A stretch of DNA of 64,000 bases from an uncultured Verrucomicrobiae bacterium (GTDB lineage Bacteria; Verrucomicrobiota; Verrucomicrobiia; Chthoniobacterales; JAFAMB01), in the NCBI GenBank assembly GCA_963837955.1, contig CAWIPH010000002.1:3520001-3584000 (forward strand), written 5' to 3'. Both the position numbers and the translations under genes were made by a program. Shown one piece after another: positions 1-9,565 of this stretch. The stretch's first letter is position 1. Every line of letters begins with the position of its first letter. The notes under the pieces were generated by a model. It saw only the letters and a program-made list of their open reading frames with translations. It ran no database searches and had not been told where the DNA came from.

Positions 1-38
1 GATGGAAATGGAGGGCTGGAGGAGAGAGTGAGGGGTGC

Positions 39-340
39 GGCGTGACGGCTGTCGGCGTGTCGGCGTGATGGCGTGATGGCGTGATGGCGTGATGGCGTGA
101 TGGCGTGATGGCGTGATGGCGTGATGGCGTTCTCGGCGTTCTCGGCGTTCTCGGCGTTCTCGGCGTTCTCGGCGTTCTCGGCGTTCTCGGCGTTCTCGGC
201 GTTCTCGGCGTTCTCGGCGTTCTCGGCGTTCTCGGCGTTCTCGGCGTTCTCGGCGTTCTCGGCGTTCTCGGCGTTCTCGGCGTTCTCGGCGTTCTCGGCG
301 TTCTCGGCGTGTCGGCGTTCCCGGCGTTCCCGGCGTTCCA
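39..340. repeat. Compound tandem repeat: 8x GGCGTGAT (62-125), then 20x GGCGTTCTC (126-305), with degenerate GGCGT-core units on both sides
   Basis: Counted directly in the sequence. Confidence 0.97.
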
Positions 341-390
341 ATGGAGATCCGATTTGACAAGTAGGCCAGAAACGCTGAGAAACACGCTGT

Positions 391-410
391 TTACATGAAC
401 CTTCATGTGA
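391..410. promoter_or_regulatory. Probable LacI-family operator ACATGAA-CC-TTCATGT, downstream of TTGACA at 354-359
   Basis: 7-bp inverted repeat with a TGAAcc/TTCA core resembling LacI-family operators, just upstream of the LacI gene and sugar operon. Confidence 0.6.
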
Positions 411-421
411 ACCTTCCCCCG

Positions 422-1510
422 ATGACTGATCTGCCTCTGACCAACTCTACCAGAGCGACACTCTTCGATGTCGCCAGACTCGTCGGCGTTTCCATTCAAA
501 CCGTATCGGCGGTGATGAATGACAAACCTGGCATTTCAGAACCGACCAGGGTGCGCGTCAGAAAGGCGATCGATGAACTCAATTACCATCCGAACATTCT
601 GGCGAGCAGCTTACGGGCGCGGAAGAGTTTCACGATCGGCGTGATTGTGCCAAGCATCACGAATCCTTATTTTCCAGAATTTGTGCGCGGCGTTGAAGAC
701 GTGGCTCATGAGCACGGATTCTCTTTGTTCCTTTGTAATTCCGACAATCAATCCGACAAAGAATTAGCCTATCTGCAGCTTCTTCGACGGCATGCGATCG
801 CAGGTTTTATCGATGCCTGCTATATGGAGAGCCAGCGTTGCCGGCAGACCTTGATCGAACTAATCGAGCTCGGCGTTCCGGTTGTCATCCTCGGTAATTT
901 ACGCATCCATCCGAAAACGGTCGTGGTGGACAGCAAGAATAAACAAGGAGGTTATGCTGCGGTCGCCCATCTCGTCGATATCGGCCATCGCCGGATCGGC
1001 GTGATCAAGCCGCCGCCGACCATCGTCGGCATCGATCGGCTGAGTGGATTCCAGGTCGGCTTTCACGATCATGGCTTGCCGATTATCGATCAATATTGGG
1101 TCGATGGTGGCTTTGACGTGTCTGACGGAGAAGCCGGCATCAGGCGTTTGCTCCAGCTCTCGAATCCGCCGACGGCTGTGATTGCCGCCAACGATCTCGT
1201 GGCGATCGGCGCCGCCACGGCACTCCGGCAAATGGGAAAACGGGTTCCCGAAGACATCTCGATCATCGGTTATGACAACATTCGAATGGCAGAACTATAC
1301 GACCCGGCTTTAACCACGATCGCGCAGCCGGTCTACGATATGGGAACAACCGCGATGCGGGCAATTATTCGGCGCATTGATGATCGGTCGCTGGGCGGAA
1401 CGAAGCGGGACTTCAACCCTCGCTTGATCGTCCGAGCCTCGACGCAGCCCTTGCGGCGAAGCAGGAAAGGACGGCCGATTCGCCGGGAACGAGCGATCGC
1501 TAAAGGATAA
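422..1510 (+). CDS. LacI-family transcriptional regulator (start 422 preferred over 395)
   Basis: N-terminal HTH ([21 protein letters not shown]), [10 protein letters not shown] hinge, sugar-binding C-domain ([12 protein letters not shown]). Confidence 0.95.
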   Translation: MTDLPLTNSTRATLFDVARLVGVSIQTVSAVMNDKPGISEPTRVRVRKAIDELNYHPNILASSLRARKSFTIGVIVPSITNPYFPEFVRGVEDVAHEHGFSLFLCNSDNQSDKELAYLQLLRRHAIAGFIDACYMESQRCRQTLIELIELGVPVVILGNLRIHPKTVVVDSKNKQGGYAAVAHLVDIGHRRIGVIKPPPTIVGIDRLSGFQVGFHDHGLPIIDQYWVDGGFDVSDGEAGIRRLLQLSNPPTAVIAANDLVAIGAATALRQMGKRVPEDISIIGYDNIRMAELYDPALTTIAQPVYDMGTTAMRAIIRRIDDRSLGGTKRDFNPRLIVRASTQPLRRSRKGRPIRRERAIAKG

Positions 1511-1515
1511 ACGAT

Positions 1516-3054
1516 ATGACCCTTCTGCAAGCGACCGATATCAGTAAACGTTTTCTCGGGGTTGCCGCGCTGCAAGAGGTCTCCTTCGCGGTAAATGCCG
1601 GCGAAGTCCACGCGTTACTGGGCGAGAATGGAGCAGGAAAATCCACGCTCCTGAAAATTCTGGCAGGAGCTCACGCCCAAGACAGCGGCATCCTGGAATT
1701 CGACGGCCGGCCATTAGGTTTGGAGACGCCGGCAGAAAGGCAGCGGCAAGGAATTGTCACTGTTTATCAGGAGTTCAACCTGATGCCCAATATGTCCGTT
1801 GCCGAAAACGTCTTCATCGGTCGGGAGCCGGGACCCGGGTACTTCGTTGATTGGAAGGCGATGCGCCAGGCTGCGGTTGCCGCCATCAGTCGCCTCGATC
1901 TTGACGTCGATCCGGCCACTCCAGTCTCCGCTTTGAGCGTGGCCGAACAACAGCTGGTCGAGATTGCTCGCGCTCTTACCATCAATGCCAGATTGATCAT
2001 TCTGGACGAACCGACGGCGGCGTTGAGCGATCGCGAGGTGCAAAAACTGCACGCAGTCGTCCGAGATCTGAAATCACATGGCATCAGCGTGATTTATGTG
2101 ACCCACCGGTTGATCGAAGTTCCCCAAATCTGCGATCGGTACACGGTGCTGCGCGATGGTCGATTGGCTGGTACTGGGGAGGTCGCCAGCACTTCGCTGG
2201 AAGACCTGGTGCGTCTGATGGTTGGCCGCAACATCGAAGTGAACGCTTCCGCGGGTACCCAGCGAACCAATCGGGTTGTCCTCAAGATCGAGCACCTTTC
2301 TCGAACCAAAAAGCTGCCTAGTCCACAAGCCGTTATGCTACGGGACATGAGCTTTCAGGTCCGGGCCGGCGAAATATTGGGACTAGCCGGACTGGTAGGC
2401 GCGGGCCGCACCGACCTGGTTCGTGCCATCTATGGCGCGGACCCGTTCGAATCCGGAAAAATCTATCTCGAAGAAAAACTCGTAAAGATCGACTCGCCTG
2501 GGAAAGCCATCGATTTGGGAATGGCATTAGTTCCCGAAGACCGCAAACAACACGGGCTTTTCCTTACCCAAAGTGTGCGGCGAAATATGACTCTCCCGAG
2601 TCTTCGCCGCCTTAGCCGGTTTCGATATTTCGTTGATCGGGCTGCCGAATCTGCCCTGATTCGCCAATTCAAAGAGAATCTCCGAATTCGCATGTCAAAC
2701 GAAGACGTGATCGTCGGGACATTGTCAGGCGGAAACCAGCAAAAAGTGGTGCTTGCCCGATATCTGGCTCTGAACCCCAAAATCCTGCTGGTCGATGAGC
2801 CGACTCGCGGGATCGATATCGGCGCGAAGGCAGAGGTTCACGACCTATTGAGGAAGCTTGCTGCAGCCGGTACAGCGATTGTCGTGGTTTCGTCAGAGCT
2901 TCCGGAAATCATTTCGCTATGCGATCGCATCATTACCGTGAAAGAAGGGCGATTCACGGGCGAGATGCCTGCAGCCGAGGCTACGGAAGAGAAGTTAATG
3001 AAACTGATGACGTTGGGCGCCGGCGAAACGCACGTTCACACCCCCATCAACTAA
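1516..3054 (+). CDS. Monosaccharide ABC transporter ATP-binding protein (RbsA-like, two ABC domains)
   Basis: GENGAGKST Walker A, LDEPT, LSGGNQQK, DEPTRGIDIGAK. Confidence 0.95.
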   Translation: MTLLQATDISKRFLGVAALQEVSFAVNAGEVHALLGENGAGKSTLLKILAGAHAQDSGILEFDGRPLGLETPAERQRQGIVTVYQEFNLMPNMSVAENVFIGREPGPGYFVDWKAMRQAAVAAISRLDLDVDPATPVSALSVAEQQLVEIARALTINARLIILDEPTAALSDREVQKLHAVVRDLKSHGISVIYVTHRLIEVPQICDRYTVLRDGRLAGTGEVASTSLEDLVRLMVGRNIEVNASAGTQRTNRVVLKIEHLSRTKKLPSPQAVMLRDMSFQVRAGEILGLAGLVGAGRTDLVRAIYGADPFESGKIYLEEKLVKIDSPGKAIDLGMALVPEDRKQHGLFLTQSVRRNMTLPSLRRLSRFRYFVDRAAESALIRQFKENLRIRMSNEDVIVGTLSGGNQQKVVLARYLALNPKILLVDEPTRGIDIGAKAEVHDLLRKLAAAGTAIVVVSSELPEIISLCDRIITVKEGRFTGEMPAAEATEEKLMKLMTLGAGETHVHTPIN

Positions 3055-3071
3055 CTACTGGTAATAAACTT

Positions 3072-4118
3072 ATGAGCGAAGCAACCTCGCCTGAAACCGA
3101 ATCAGTGGCGATACAAAGGCGCATTCGCTGGATCACCATTCTCGAAAGATTTGGCGTCGTCCTGTTTCTGATAGCTCTGATGGCGTTCTTCACCACTCAG
3201 AATGTTCGGTTCATTTATCCGCGCAATCTTTTTAACATCCTAGCTGACGTTTCGATCTATGGCGTCATGGCAGTTGGCATGACGTTGGTCATCCTAACCG
3301 CAGGAATCGATCTCTCGGTCGGCGCAATTCTGGCTTTTGCGGCGATGAGTGGTGCTGCTGTGCTTAAAGGCACCGGCGAGTCCCGGGCCGTTCCGGAAGA
3401 TCCCATGGCCTTCGGCGGCTACGCCTGGCTCGTTGCACTGGGGGTCGCAACCGGTGTTGGATTGATTTGCGGTTGGCTCCAGGGTGTAGCCATCACCCGA
3501 ATGAAGGTGCCGCCCTTTATTGTCACCCTCGGAGGAATGACCGTTTGGCGAGGCGCGACACTCGTGGTTGGCGAGGGTTCGCCAATTAGCGGGTTCTCGC
3601 CCGGATTGCGGTGGTGGGGCAGCGGAAGTTTTCTATTTGTCCCCGTGCCAGTCTGGTTATTTGCGATCGTCACGGTCATCGGCTTCATCTTGTTGCAATA
3701 CACTCGCTACGGTCGGCAAGTGTACGCGGTTGGCGGAAATCCGGAAGCTGCTCGGCTCTCTGGGCTTCGGGTCAATCGAATATTGGTAAGCGTTTATGCG
3801 ATCGTGGGTTTCCTAGCTGGTCTGGCCGGTTTTATGGAAACCGCGCGCCTTGACTCCGCGGAGGCGGTTGCCGGCGATGGATTCGAATTGCGCGTCATCG
3901 CTTCGGTCGTCATTGGTGGCACTAGCCTCTTTGGCGGTCTGGGCGGCGTGTTCGGAACCGTGGTTGGAACTGTTCTCATCGGCGTGCTGCTCAATGGCCT
4001 CGTCATCATGAACGTCTCCGCGTACTACCAGCAAATCATCATCGGCGTGATCATCGTTCTTGCTGTTGCTTTTGACACGTTCGCCAAATCGAAGAGCGGC
4101 AGTGTCTCAACTCGATAA
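3072..4118 (+). CDS. Monosaccharide ABC transporter permease (RbsC-like)
   Basis: GIDLSVG, YAVGGNPEAARLSG, ELRVIASVVIGGTSLFGG; ATG at 3072 follows the upstream stop. Confidence 0.93.
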   Translation: MSEATSPETESVAIQRRIRWITILERFGVVLFLIALMAFFTTQNVRFIYPRNLFNILADVSIYGVMAVGMTLVILTAGIDLSVGAILAFAAMSGAAVLKGTGESRAVPEDPMAFGGYAWLVALGVATGVGLICGWLQGVAITRMKVPPFIVTLGGMTVWRGATLVVGEGSPISGFSPGLRWWGSGSFLFVPVPVWLFAIVTVIGFILLQYTRYGRQVYAVGGNPEAARLSGLRVNRILVSVYAIVGFLAGLAGFMETARLDSAEAVAGDGFELRVIASVVIGGTSLFGGLGGVFGTVVGTVLIGVLLNGLVIMNVSAYYQQIIIGVIIVLAVAFDTFAKSKSGSVSTR

Positions 4119-4157
4119 TTTTCTCTGAACCAAAACAACACCCCGAATACCCCCCTA

Positions 4158-5111
4158 ATGAAAATAAAACATACCCTGTGTGGGCTTCTATTGGTCCTCA
4201 CACTAGTGGCGTTCCAACCCTCGACTTTCGCTCAAGGCAAGAATGAGCGCCTCGTCGTGATCGTTCCAAATCTTGCCTTCCCCTTTTTCGCTTTCATGAA
4301 GACCCAAGCGGAAGATGAAGGCAAAAAACTCGGAATCCAGGTCACTGTGGAAGACGGGCAAGGTAAATCGCCCACCCAATCGAGCGAGGTGCGGGCCGCA
4401 GTCACCCAGGGCGTCGATGGCATTGTCCTGATCCCCAACGACGTAAACGCGCTCGCGCCTGCGGCCAACGAAGTCATCGCCGCAAAGATCCCGATTGTGA
4501 CGGTCGACCGGAATGTCGCCGGCACCACCGAACCGATAGCACACGTCGGTGCGGATAACGTTGCCGGCGGTGTGGCCATGGCCGAATATGTGATCAAGAA
4601 ATTTCCCGATGGCGCACGGATCATTTTCTTGCGCGGGGAACCTGGTAGCAGCCCAGCTATCGACCGCGCGAAAGGCACCCTGGAAACCCTCAAAGCGGCT
4701 GGCGACAAATACAAAGTCTTGGCTGATCAAACCGCTAACTTTAAGCGCGATCAGGGTATGACGGTGACTCAAAACCTTTTGACCTCCATCGGCACTCCGC
4801 CCGATGTGATCATCTGTTCTAACGACGATATGGCGTTAGGCGCAGAAGAAGCATTGCAACAATCCGGTTTGCCAAAGGGCAAAGTGCTGGTCATCGGATT
4901 CGACGCGTTGCCAGAAGCGCTCGCCAAAATTCGTTCGGGCGATCAGACCGCAACCATCGAACAGAGTCCGGGTAAGCAAGTCCGAACCGCCCTACAGGTC
5001 ATTGTGGATCACATCCGGAATAAGAGCCCGTTGCACGATGAAGTGTTGAAGCCGTTTATCGTGGATCAGTCGAACCTGGATAAAGCAGAGCGGATCGCGG
5101 AAGCTAAATAA
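4158..5111 (+). CDS. Sugar ABC transporter periplasmic binding protein (RbsB-like)
   Basis: Signal peptide; VTVDR, VGADN, NDDMALGA, IGFDA motifs. Confidence 0.93.
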   Translation: MKIKHTLCGLLLVLTLVAFQPSTFAQGKNERLVVIVPNLAFPFFAFMKTQAEDEGKKLGIQVTVEDGQGKSPTQSSEVRAAVTQGVDGIVLIPNDVNALAPAANEVIAAKIPIVTVDRNVAGTTEPIAHVGADNVAGGVAMAEYVIKKFPDGARIIFLRGEPGSSPAIDRAKGTLETLKAAGDKYKVLADQTANFKRDQGMTVTQNLLTSIGTPPDVIICSNDDMALGAEEALQQSGLPKGKVLVIGFDALPEALAKIRSGDQTATIEQSPGKQVRTALQVIVDHIRNKSPLHDEVLKPFIVDQSNLDKAERIAEAK

Positions 5112-5140
5112 TCAGATCACCAGCTTATAGCATCGACGTG

Positions 5141-5170
5141 TGGCGGCCTGCTAAAGGCCGCCATATTTGG
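5141..5170 (+). terminator. Hairpin terminator TGGCGGCCT-GCTAA-AGGCCGCCA
   Basis: Perfect 9-bp stem between convergent genes, T-rich tail. Confidence 0.7.
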
Positions 5171-5189
5171 TTCGACGGACGTCCGACTG

Positions 5190-5714
5190 CTAATGGATCA
5201 GCTGTTCCCAATTTCGATTTGCTGTGACAATATCGTCGTCCTCATGGGCGCGGAATTCTTTCTCTGCCGCTGGGGATGCGCAAACGTAAAGTTTTCCCTT
5301 TACGATAAAAAAGACTGTCGGATCGCTGTCCGTTAGCTTTTTGCTTTTCACTCCGTTCGCACAAAAACCGCCGTACTGTGGGACATATTTTGAAGGACTT
5401 TTCTTAAAAACTGCCAGGTCCGCGGGGGAACTGAAATAGTAGATCGCTCCCTGATAGGCGGTTTGGTACTTAGAGCTTCCTTTAACGGCCTTCTTCTGAA
5501 CGAAATAGGCCACAACATCGTAACCTTTTAATATTACCCCTTTGCTATCCACATCTACTTTGGGGGTAGCGCTTTTCTCTGCCCATACTCGGATGGTCGG
5601 ATGCGAGCCTTTGAGATCTCCGCTTATGCGGTCAGACGGAACGTTTACAACCGCTCCGCTGCTGATGTGCGTTCCTATCGCGCACAAAGCTAAGACTAGG
5701 AAATTACGTTTCAT
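5190..5714 (-). CDS. Exported YHS-domain protein
   Basis: Signal peptide; GYDVVAYF, YYFSS, P.KYVPQYGGFCA motifs. Confidence 0.85.
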   Translation of the reverse strand: MKRNFLVLALCAIGTHISSGAVVNVPSDRISGDLKGSHPTIRVWAEKSATPKVDVDSKGVILKGYDVVAYFVQKKAVKGSSKYQTAYQGAIYYFSSPADLAVFKKSPSKYVPQYGGFCANGVKSKKLTDSDPTVFFIVKGKLYVCASPAAEKEFRAHEDDDIVTANRNWEQLIH

Positions 5715-5918
5715 TTTCTCTTCTCCCTCGACCGGCCAAGATTTGCATCTGGCACGCGCAAAAGCAAGCTGAAGACCCTACTACATTTGGAAGGCACGAT
5801 GGCAGCTCCCGATCCCGCCTGATCTCGGCCCGCGACCTTCTTTGACTGGGAGCAGATTCCTAGCTGGGCCAACTACTGGTGCGCCTGCCTGTCATAGATT
5901 TCTACTGTCACTGCTAAC

Positions 5919-5945
5919 TACCTCATTGAATATGGTTTTATTCCG
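5919..5945 (-). promoter_or_regulatory. Putative ECF promoter CGGAATA-N16-GGTA, facing the YHS gene
   Basis: Same motif and spacing as the two copies at 7949-8027. Confidence 0.65.
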
Positions 5946-5976
5946 TCGGCGAAGATGTTAGTAGGCCGTGATCAGG

Positions 5977-6360
5977 CTACCCGGAAGACAAACTGCGGAT
6001 AAAGGTTACGAGTGTAGTTGCGTCATCCTCGGTAAGTTTCTTACCGAATGCCGGCATTTCCCCTTTAACGCCATTCAGAATCGTAGACTTAATTCGATCA
6101 TCAGTTTTGGTAACTTTGTGAAGATCGGGTCCCTCGTCGCCAGTTGCATCGATACCGTGGCAATGCGCACAGTTCAGAGAAAACAACTTTGCTCCCGCTG
6201 CTACCCGCGGATTTTTTATCACGTCGTTTTGCGCAGTCGATTTAACGGAAGGCGTTGGAAAATTGGATTGAACAAGCCGCGCCGCTCCGAGAAAACCGCC
6301 GATCGCCGTTCCCGAGACCAGCAAAGCAGCAACCAAAGCCTTAACTTCAATGTTTTTCAT
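5977..6360 (-). CDS. Monoheme c-type cytochrome
   Basis: CAHCH heme motif, GPDL, distal Met in GEMPAF, N-terminal hydrophobic segment; ATG at 6360. Confidence 0.88.
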   Translation of the reverse strand: MKNIEVKALVAALLVSGTAIGGFLGAARLVQSNFPTPSVKSTAQNDVIKNPRVAAGAKLFSLNCAHCHGIDATGDEGPDLHKVTKTDDRIKSTILNGVKGEMPAFGKKLTEDDATTLVTFIRSLSSG

Positions 6361-6371
6361 GAAGACAAGGC

Positions 6372-6815
6372 CTAATGGTTCAAAACCATTTCGCCTCCCC
6401 AGAAACCTGCGATGCTGATCAGCACCGCAGTAGCGAGGATCGCGACAAAATAAATCGAGAAACCGATTCTCGAAGTCCGATGCCGCACGATCGAGCGCCA
6501 CACGGTTAAGGCGATCAACAACCCAAAGGAGGGCCAAACGAAATAGTGGTGAAGTAAAGTCATTCCCGACCCGGCGGCATCCCAGCGGGCCAGAACCAAT
6601 CCCGAAATGACAGCCGGCACCGCGCCGAGAGTGGCCAAGAGAAGGGTGAAATAACCGGAAAAACGAAAACTCTCTCGAATCCGGCCGGAAGGTGCGATCG
6701 AACCGACACCGTCGAGAAGAGCAGAGGTTAGCGCCAAAGCGATCGGCAAATGAGTACTGCCGCCGTGTACCCGGTCCCAGAAACCGGCATCAAAGAAATT
6801 AGTGGCGATAAGCAT
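6372..6815 (-). CDS. DUF2231-like membrane protein
   Basis: H...THLPIAL motif, four TM segments, C-terminal GFWGGEMV. Confidence 0.75.
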   Translation of the reverse strand: MLIATNFFDAGFWDRVHGGSTHLPIALALTSALLDGVGSIAPSGRIRESFRFSGYFTLLLATLGAVPAVISGLVLARWDAAGSGMTLLHHYFVWPSFGLLIALTVWRSIVRHRTSRIGFSIYFVAILATAVLISIAGFWGGEMVLNH

Positions 6816-6943
6816 AGCGAAATGAAAAAAGATCGTTGGCTAATCAAGGTGGCGGACACGTTCCGACGAAGATAGCCACGCCGCCTGCGGCCGGGCACCT
6901 CCGTCGGGTAAACGTTGTAGGGTCGGAGCGAGCTTCCCCCCAC

Positions 6944-7894
6944 TTAGACAAGTGGAGAATCTATCGTTGCCAAAGAATGCGCGGTCTCCACGTAATTGAC
7001 CTCCCTAATCCCAAGCACCGATCGCAACTTATCTGCCGGGACCTTCATTGGTCCGGCCTTTGGTGCGGTTCCTGGAGCTGGCTGCGGAAAGGCGGTCGAC
7101 ATCGCGGTATGAAAACTCATATTGCCTTCCACCTTCTGTACGACCTGATGAATGTGCCCGTTGAGCACCGCCACCGAGCCGAACTTTTTAAGCATCGATA
7201 AAGCCTGAGCACCGTCGGTTGTCCCCCAGCCCCACTGCGGATAGACCTCCCAAAGTGGAACGTGGGCAAAAGCGACGATTGGCGTACTGGCCGAAAGGCC
7301 GCTCAGATCCTTTTCCAACCAGCTAAGCTGATCAGGCCCCAAAATACCCAAGCCGCCTTCCGGGATATTCATGACGTTCACCAGTCCCACGAAGTGCACT
7401 CCCTTGTGATCGAAACTGGACCACCCATTACCCTGAGTACCTTTGCCGAACCTTTCACGGTATTGAGCTCCATTATCGCTAATAACATCGTGTTCTCCGG
7501 GAACATAGAATATGTCGGACACCCCTGTGTCTTTGAGTACCTCGTTGAGCGTATCGAATTCACCTGCTTCGGAGAGATGACTTAGATCGCCAGTATGGAT
7601 GATCAGATCGGGTTTCTTAGGCAATGCTTTGATCTTGGCGACAGCTAGCTTAAGCGTTCCGACTACGTCCGGATTCGCTTCTTTATTGAACCCGATATGG
7701 CTGTCACTGATTTGGACGAAGGTAAAATCTCCGGCTGGAGCGTCTGCGGCACGAGCCGTACTCAGCATTCGGGAGACCGCCAGTCCGCCAGCCATGGTGT
7801 ACACCACACCGGTCCCGGCCCAGGCCATGCATTTCAAGAATCCCCGACGGTCAATCCCGTCGTCGTTACTATTAGTTTCGATATAATCCGACAT
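6944..7894 (-). CDS. Tat-exported calcineurin-like metallophosphoesterase
   Basis: DRRGFLK twin-arginine signal; DSH, GD, GEHD, AHVPL, GHIH motifs. Confidence 0.9.
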   Translation of the reverse strand: MSDYIETNSNDDGIDRRGFLKCMAWAGTGVVYTMAGGLAVSRMLSTARAADAPAGDFTFVQISDSHIGFNKEANPDVVGTLKLAVAKIKALPKKPDLIIHTGDLSHLSEAGEFDTLNEVLKDTGVSDIFYVPGEHDVISDNGAQYRERFGKGTQGNGWSSFDHKGVHFVGLVNVMNIPEGGLGILGPDQLSWLEKDLSGLSASTPIVAFAHVPLWEVYPQWGWGTTDGAQALSMLKKFGSVAVLNGHIHQVVQKVEGNMSFHTAMSTAFPQPAPGTAPKAGPMKVPADKLRSVLGIREVNYVETAHSLATIDSPLV

Positions 7895-7948
7895 AACTTG
7901 CTTTCTGTGGGTAAATCGGCGCCAAAAAAGCAGCCGCTAACCGAGTAC

Positions 7949-7975
7949 TACCGCCCGCAGCCCAAGAATATTCCC
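7949..7975 (-). promoter_or_regulatory. Putative ECF promoter GGGAATA-N16-GGTA for the phosphoesterase operon
   Basis: Motif shared with 8001-8027 and 5919-5945. Confidence 0.7.
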
Positions 7976-8000
7976 GACCGCTCGCAGGTTTGTGATTTCC

Positions 8001-8027
8001 GGGAATAAGATTTCCCCAAACCTGGTA
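8001..8027 (+). promoter_or_regulatory. Putative autoregulatory ECF promoter GGGAATA-N16-GGTA
   Basis: Directly upstream of the ECF sigma gene; motif occurs three times locally. Confidence 0.7.
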
Positions 8028-8053
8028 TTCTTATTTAATGGTCTTGCTTGCCG

Positions 8054-8581
8054 ATGAATGACCAAGGCCGTCGCGTTCGCTTTGAAAATCAAATGCTGCC
8101 TCTCATGCCGGAAGCGTACAACCTGGCTCGCTGGTTCATGAAAAACGAACCCGATGCGCGCGATGCCGTTCAGGACGCTTACCTGAAGGCTTTTCGCTAT
8201 TTCGAGTCATTTCATGGCGATTCCGGCCGGGCCTGGCTGCTCCGAATTGTCCGGAATGTCTGCTACGATGCTTTGCGATCCAGAGAATCGCAGCTAACCA
8301 CCGTCTCGCTGGATGAAGAGGATGCGACCCAAGTTCCGGATCCAAAACCGGGTCCAAATGTTTTGGCTATTCAAAATGCAACGAGACTCCGAATTCACGA
8401 AGCGCTTGAGACTCTGCCTTTAGATTTCAAAACCGTGATTATTCTCCGAGAATTCGATGGATTTTCCTACAAGGAGATCTCCGAAATCGTGGGCGCACCG
8501 GTCGGCACAGTCATGTCGCGCCTCTCCCGGGCGAGGCAGCAACTCGCTGTTCTCCTGCAAAGCGAAGGAGGGAACCAATGA
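8054..8581 (+). CDS. ECF sigma-70 factor
   Basis: DARDAVQDAYLKA, RAWLLRIVRN, SYKEISEIVGAPVGTVMSRLSRAR. Confidence 0.95.
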   Translation: MNDQGRRVRFENQMLPLMPEAYNLARWFMKNEPDARDAVQDAYLKAFRYFESFHGDSGRAWLLRIVRNVCYDALRSRESQLTTVSLDEEDATQVPDPKPGPNVLAIQNATRLRIHEALETLPLDFKTVIILREFDGFSYKEISEIVGAPVGTVMSRLSRARQQLAVLLQSEGGNQ

Positions 8582-9348
8582 ATTGCAAAGAGACCTCGGC
8601 CTTGCTGGACGCCTACGTCGACAATGAACTCGACCTCGTCAAAACCGTTAGCGTTGATGAGCACATTCGTGCGTGTGCGGACTGCCGCTCACAATACGAA
8701 TTGCGAGTAGCCATCCGGAGCAGGCTCCAAGATCCGGAACTGCGCTACGCGATTCCTGATGAGCTGTCCGACCAAATTCGCCGGAAATTGGGCCAATCCT
8801 CTCGGCCGGATAGAAAAATCCTCTCGTATCCATCCGTCGTCTGGATTCCGATCGCTATCGCTGCCGCCGCGGTTTTCGGAGCGTTCTTCTATTCAAACAT
8901 TGGAAGGTTACTTCCTCAAACCAAGATCCCTTCCATGGTGGCTGAGATAACGTCGGATCACATCCGCTCGCTCATCGGCACCCATCTTATCGATGTCGAA
9001 TCGAGCGACCAGCATACGGTGAAACCGTGGTTTGCCGGTAAGATCGATTTCTCACCACCTGTCCGCGATTTCGCGGATCAAGGTTTTAAGCTGATCGGCG
9101 GCCGGCTCGATTATGTGAACGGCTCAAATGTAGCGGTTCTGGTCTATCGATTTAAGAATCACTACGTGAGTTTATTCGTTGCCCGGGAGCGGAAGGCGCA
9201 AACCGATTCCAGCGAAACGACCTCCGGTTATGAGGGCTACAATCTCGTCTATTGGAATGCAAACGGTCTGGATTTCTGGGTCGTATCCGATGCTGCGACC
9301 GGAGCGCTTCTTGAGTTCGCTAAAATTCAGAGAGAAGAGCATTCTTAA
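8578..9348 (+). CDS. Zinc-binding (ZAS) transmembrane anti-sigma factor
   Basis: HxxxCxxC (HIRACADC), one TM helix, HTVKPWF and LIGGRLDY; ATGA overlap with the sigma gene. Confidence 0.92.
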   Translation: MNCKETSALLDAYVDNELDLVKTVSVDEHIRACADCRSQYELRVAIRSRLQDPELRYAIPDELSDQIRRKLGQSSRPDRKILSYPSVVWIPIAIAAAAVFGAFFYSNIGRLLPQTKIPSMVAEITSDHIRSLIGTHLIDVESSDQHTVKPWFAGKIDFSPPVRDFADQGFKLIGGRLDYVNGSNVAVLVYRFKNHYVSLFVARERKAQTDSSETTSGYEGYNLVYWNANGLDFWVVSDAATGALLEFAKIQREEHS

Positions 9349-9356
9349 CGAAGAGA

Positions 9357-9494
9357 TATCTTAAGGAGTTCTCTGGCATCGTCTTTCCGACGAAGAGGAG
9401 GATCTTCCCTCGCCAAGCGGACGGCCATTCAGTGCCGGAACCGCTGGTCGTCTCCATCGACCTGGATCATTGTGTCCTCAGCTCAGGGATCTAA
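9357..9494 (+). pseudogene. 3' remnant of a conserved hypothetical gene (YLKEFSGIVFPTKRRIFPRQADGHSVPEPLVVSIDLDHCVLSSGI*)
   Basis: Protein-like reading frame with no start of its own; resembles, from memory, the C-terminus of a widespread hypothetical family. Confidence 0.5.
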
Positions 9495-9565
9495 CGGTCC
9501 GACCTGGCAAGTTATGGTCTTTCGCGCGAATTTGTCATGCTTGAACCCGCAGGAGAATCGCCTCA

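Noticed and set aside
121..357. ORF encoding (SAF)n
   Set aside because: By-product of the 9-nt tandem repeat; no ribosome-binding site or unique coding part
5190..5714. Possible selenoprotein (some YHS-family members are)
   Set aside because: No in-frame TGA; the conserved position is Cys
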